Below, one piece after another: positions 62,245 through 64,000 of a stretch of DNA of 64,000 nt. The first letter of the stretch is position 1. Each line of letters begins with the position of its first letter. A model generated the notes under the pieces. It did no database searches, had not been told where the DNA came from, and saw only the letters and a list, made by a program, of their open reading frames with translations. Source of the DNA: Microbotryum violaceum (taxonomy: Eukaryota); contig CDLV01000015.1 in NCBI GenBank assembly GCA_001244265.2, positions 496,001 to 560,000 of the forward strand, read 5' to 3'. The translations under genes and the position numbers were made by a program.

Positions 62245-62651
62245 GGAACTCCGGGACCTGTGCTCTCGGGTTGAGACACGACGTGCCGAGACATGCCCTG
62301 ACATACCGACAGTTTCTTGACAGTGTTTGCCAGAGACTCGCACCGCGCACCACAGCTCGCTTATAGCCTTTTCCTTTCGGTTCAATTTCCAACGTCGCTC
62401 TTGTTCCCATTATCACCATCACCCCCAAGCAGCAAATAAATTTGTTGGGAGCGCGGTGCTCGACGAGTCGCTGCTCTAGCAAATTCGCCTCGGCCCTCGC
62501 TCCACTTGGAATTCGAGTTTCGACGCCCATCTTCCGCACCGCAGCGATCGTAGCGGTGGATACCTACGGGGCGTCCCCTTCCATCCAACCCCACCCTCGG
62601 CGCTACGCTCGAGTTGCATTGCTTTGCTCCTGGACTGAGCTTGGGGCCAAC

Positions 62652-64000
62652 ATGAGCCCTGACGGTGCCGTTGCGGGATCGGACCAAAGCACGTCTGGTC
62701 GGGCCGTCGGCCCCTCGGCGGCTACGACTGGAGGAGCCAAGGTCATGAGCTCCAAACGTGGGAGGAAGCAAGACGACACCTTGCAACCGTCTGTGAGTTA
62801 CGAGTTTCCCGTGGATGCAGCATCGTACTGATTGACCTTGGCTCGGCTCGTCTCGTTCGCCGTCGACGCAGCGCGCTCGCGACGTGCAACGCGCCTTTCG
62901 AGCCCGACGAGCGGAGCACCTGTCGGCACTCGAGGACAAGGTCCGAACGTTGCAGCAAGAGAATGCCGAGTTACAGCGCGAGCTGGCATACTACAAGGGC
63001 GAAACGAATTGCTCCGTCCCCTCGACTTTGACCAGTCAGGACGCCACCGCTGCGGGTGCTTCGACTTCGTCTCGTTCGGCTACGACCGAATCCGCGGGAA
63101 GCCTTGTCTCCTCCGGCCCCGGGTCGCGCAGGGGGGTCAAGCGAACCAAGAGCAGTAGCAAGGGCCCGTCCCCAGCCTCGATCTTGCACGAGGACAGGTA
63201 CAAGGAAGAGCCGTCGCGATCATCGCTCGCTCCCGGGCATCTGCCGCTTGAAGATGAGCAACGCCGATCTATGTCACAGGACCAGAACCAGGGACCGCGG
63301 GACCAGCCCTGGGGCCATGCTACTACCACGACCTACGCTTGGCGACCCACGCAGCAAATCTACACCCCGCCTCCTCCTGCGGCCGCCACCCCGTGGGCAC
63401 CTCCCTGGTCCCCCCCTTCGTACTCGACCCTACCTCCGCAGCAGGATCCTTCTGAAGCTGTCGGTGACTCTCCCCAACTGCCCGAGCGACCTGCGATGTC
63501 TCCGCTTCCCTCAAAGCGCAGGAGGCCGTCGTCGGCGACGACAACGATGGATTCAAACACCGACTCGCCCATGTCTCCGACGTGTCCGATCCGCGGCTCT
63601 GCTCCCTCCGCGACCACGGGCGCCGCTCCAGCGGATCCCAAGACCAATTCGGCCGCGTCAGTCCTCGTCGAGTGGAGCAAGCAGGCCTCGGCACGGTCGT
63701 ACTCGACCACATCGAGCTCGTGCTGCCCCCCTTCGGTGCCGGCCCCTTCGGCCGATCTTACGGCGCGAGAATTGTGTGGTGCCTCGGCCGATGCGGATTG
63801 CTGTCAACCACCTCCCGCCGGAGGCTCGATGATCGAGGTGAGGACGGCGGGATCTCTGAACGAGCACGAGGGCGAAAACGGGAGCCGCCATTTTTTGCTC
63901 TCAGTCTTTGGCGGACCGGAGGGGAATGCGAGCACAAACGCGAATGCAAAGGGGTTTGGGACGGCGAAAATCAAGAATATCGCGTACGACCCGAACCTGT
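62652..64000 (+). CDS. bZIP transcription factor (AP-1/Yap-like basic region, atypical); 3' truncated; intron 62793-62871
   Basis: Spliced SKRGRKQDDTLQPS|RARDVQRAFRARRAEHLSALEDKVRTLQQENAELQREL (basic region plus heptad leucines). The frame stays open to the window end, which likely explains its absence from the ORF track. Confidence 0.85.

Noticed and set aside
63056..63832. 258 aa Arg/Pro-rich ORF
   Set aside because: Alternative frame of the bZIP exon; the frame from 62872 carries the bZIP domain.

Overview
Gene-dense, intron-rich (mostly 55-150 nt GT-AG introns with GCTGAC-type branch points), GC-rich fungal chromosome segment, most likely from a basidiomycete (Pucciniomycotina-like; inferred from splice signals and protein families). 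I can reconstruct 19 protein-coding genes, two truncated by the window edges: PDI C-terminus, Egt2-like PLP C-S lyase, ORC1, UNG1, FEN1, a DDE-less CENP-B/pogo-type HTH protein, a HUL5/UBE3C HECT ligase, a DHHC palmitoyltransferase, a UvrD/Srs2-like helicase, NADP-IDH, a glycerol-3-phosphate acyltransferase, MUB1/samB, SWD2, a peroxisomal enoyl-CoA isomerase, a WDR44-like protein, a CASTOR-like ACT protein, a PTS1-bearing heme peroxidase, an Eos1-GT31-GT32 fusion, and an atypical Cys-containing bZIP that the ORF track misses. I found no rRNA, tRNA, CRISPR array or intact transposon. The most notable oddities are the triple-domain glycosylation fusion, the bZIP lacking the invariant Asn, a long structured samB intron, GC-AG introns and micro-exons, an ORC1-UNG1-FEN1 block with MCB-like motifs, a hairpin-rich intergenic stretch (16.6-17.1 kb) and a repeat-rich stretch (60-62.3 kb). 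Gene coordinates span introns, and all family assignments come from motif recognition by eye, not from searches.
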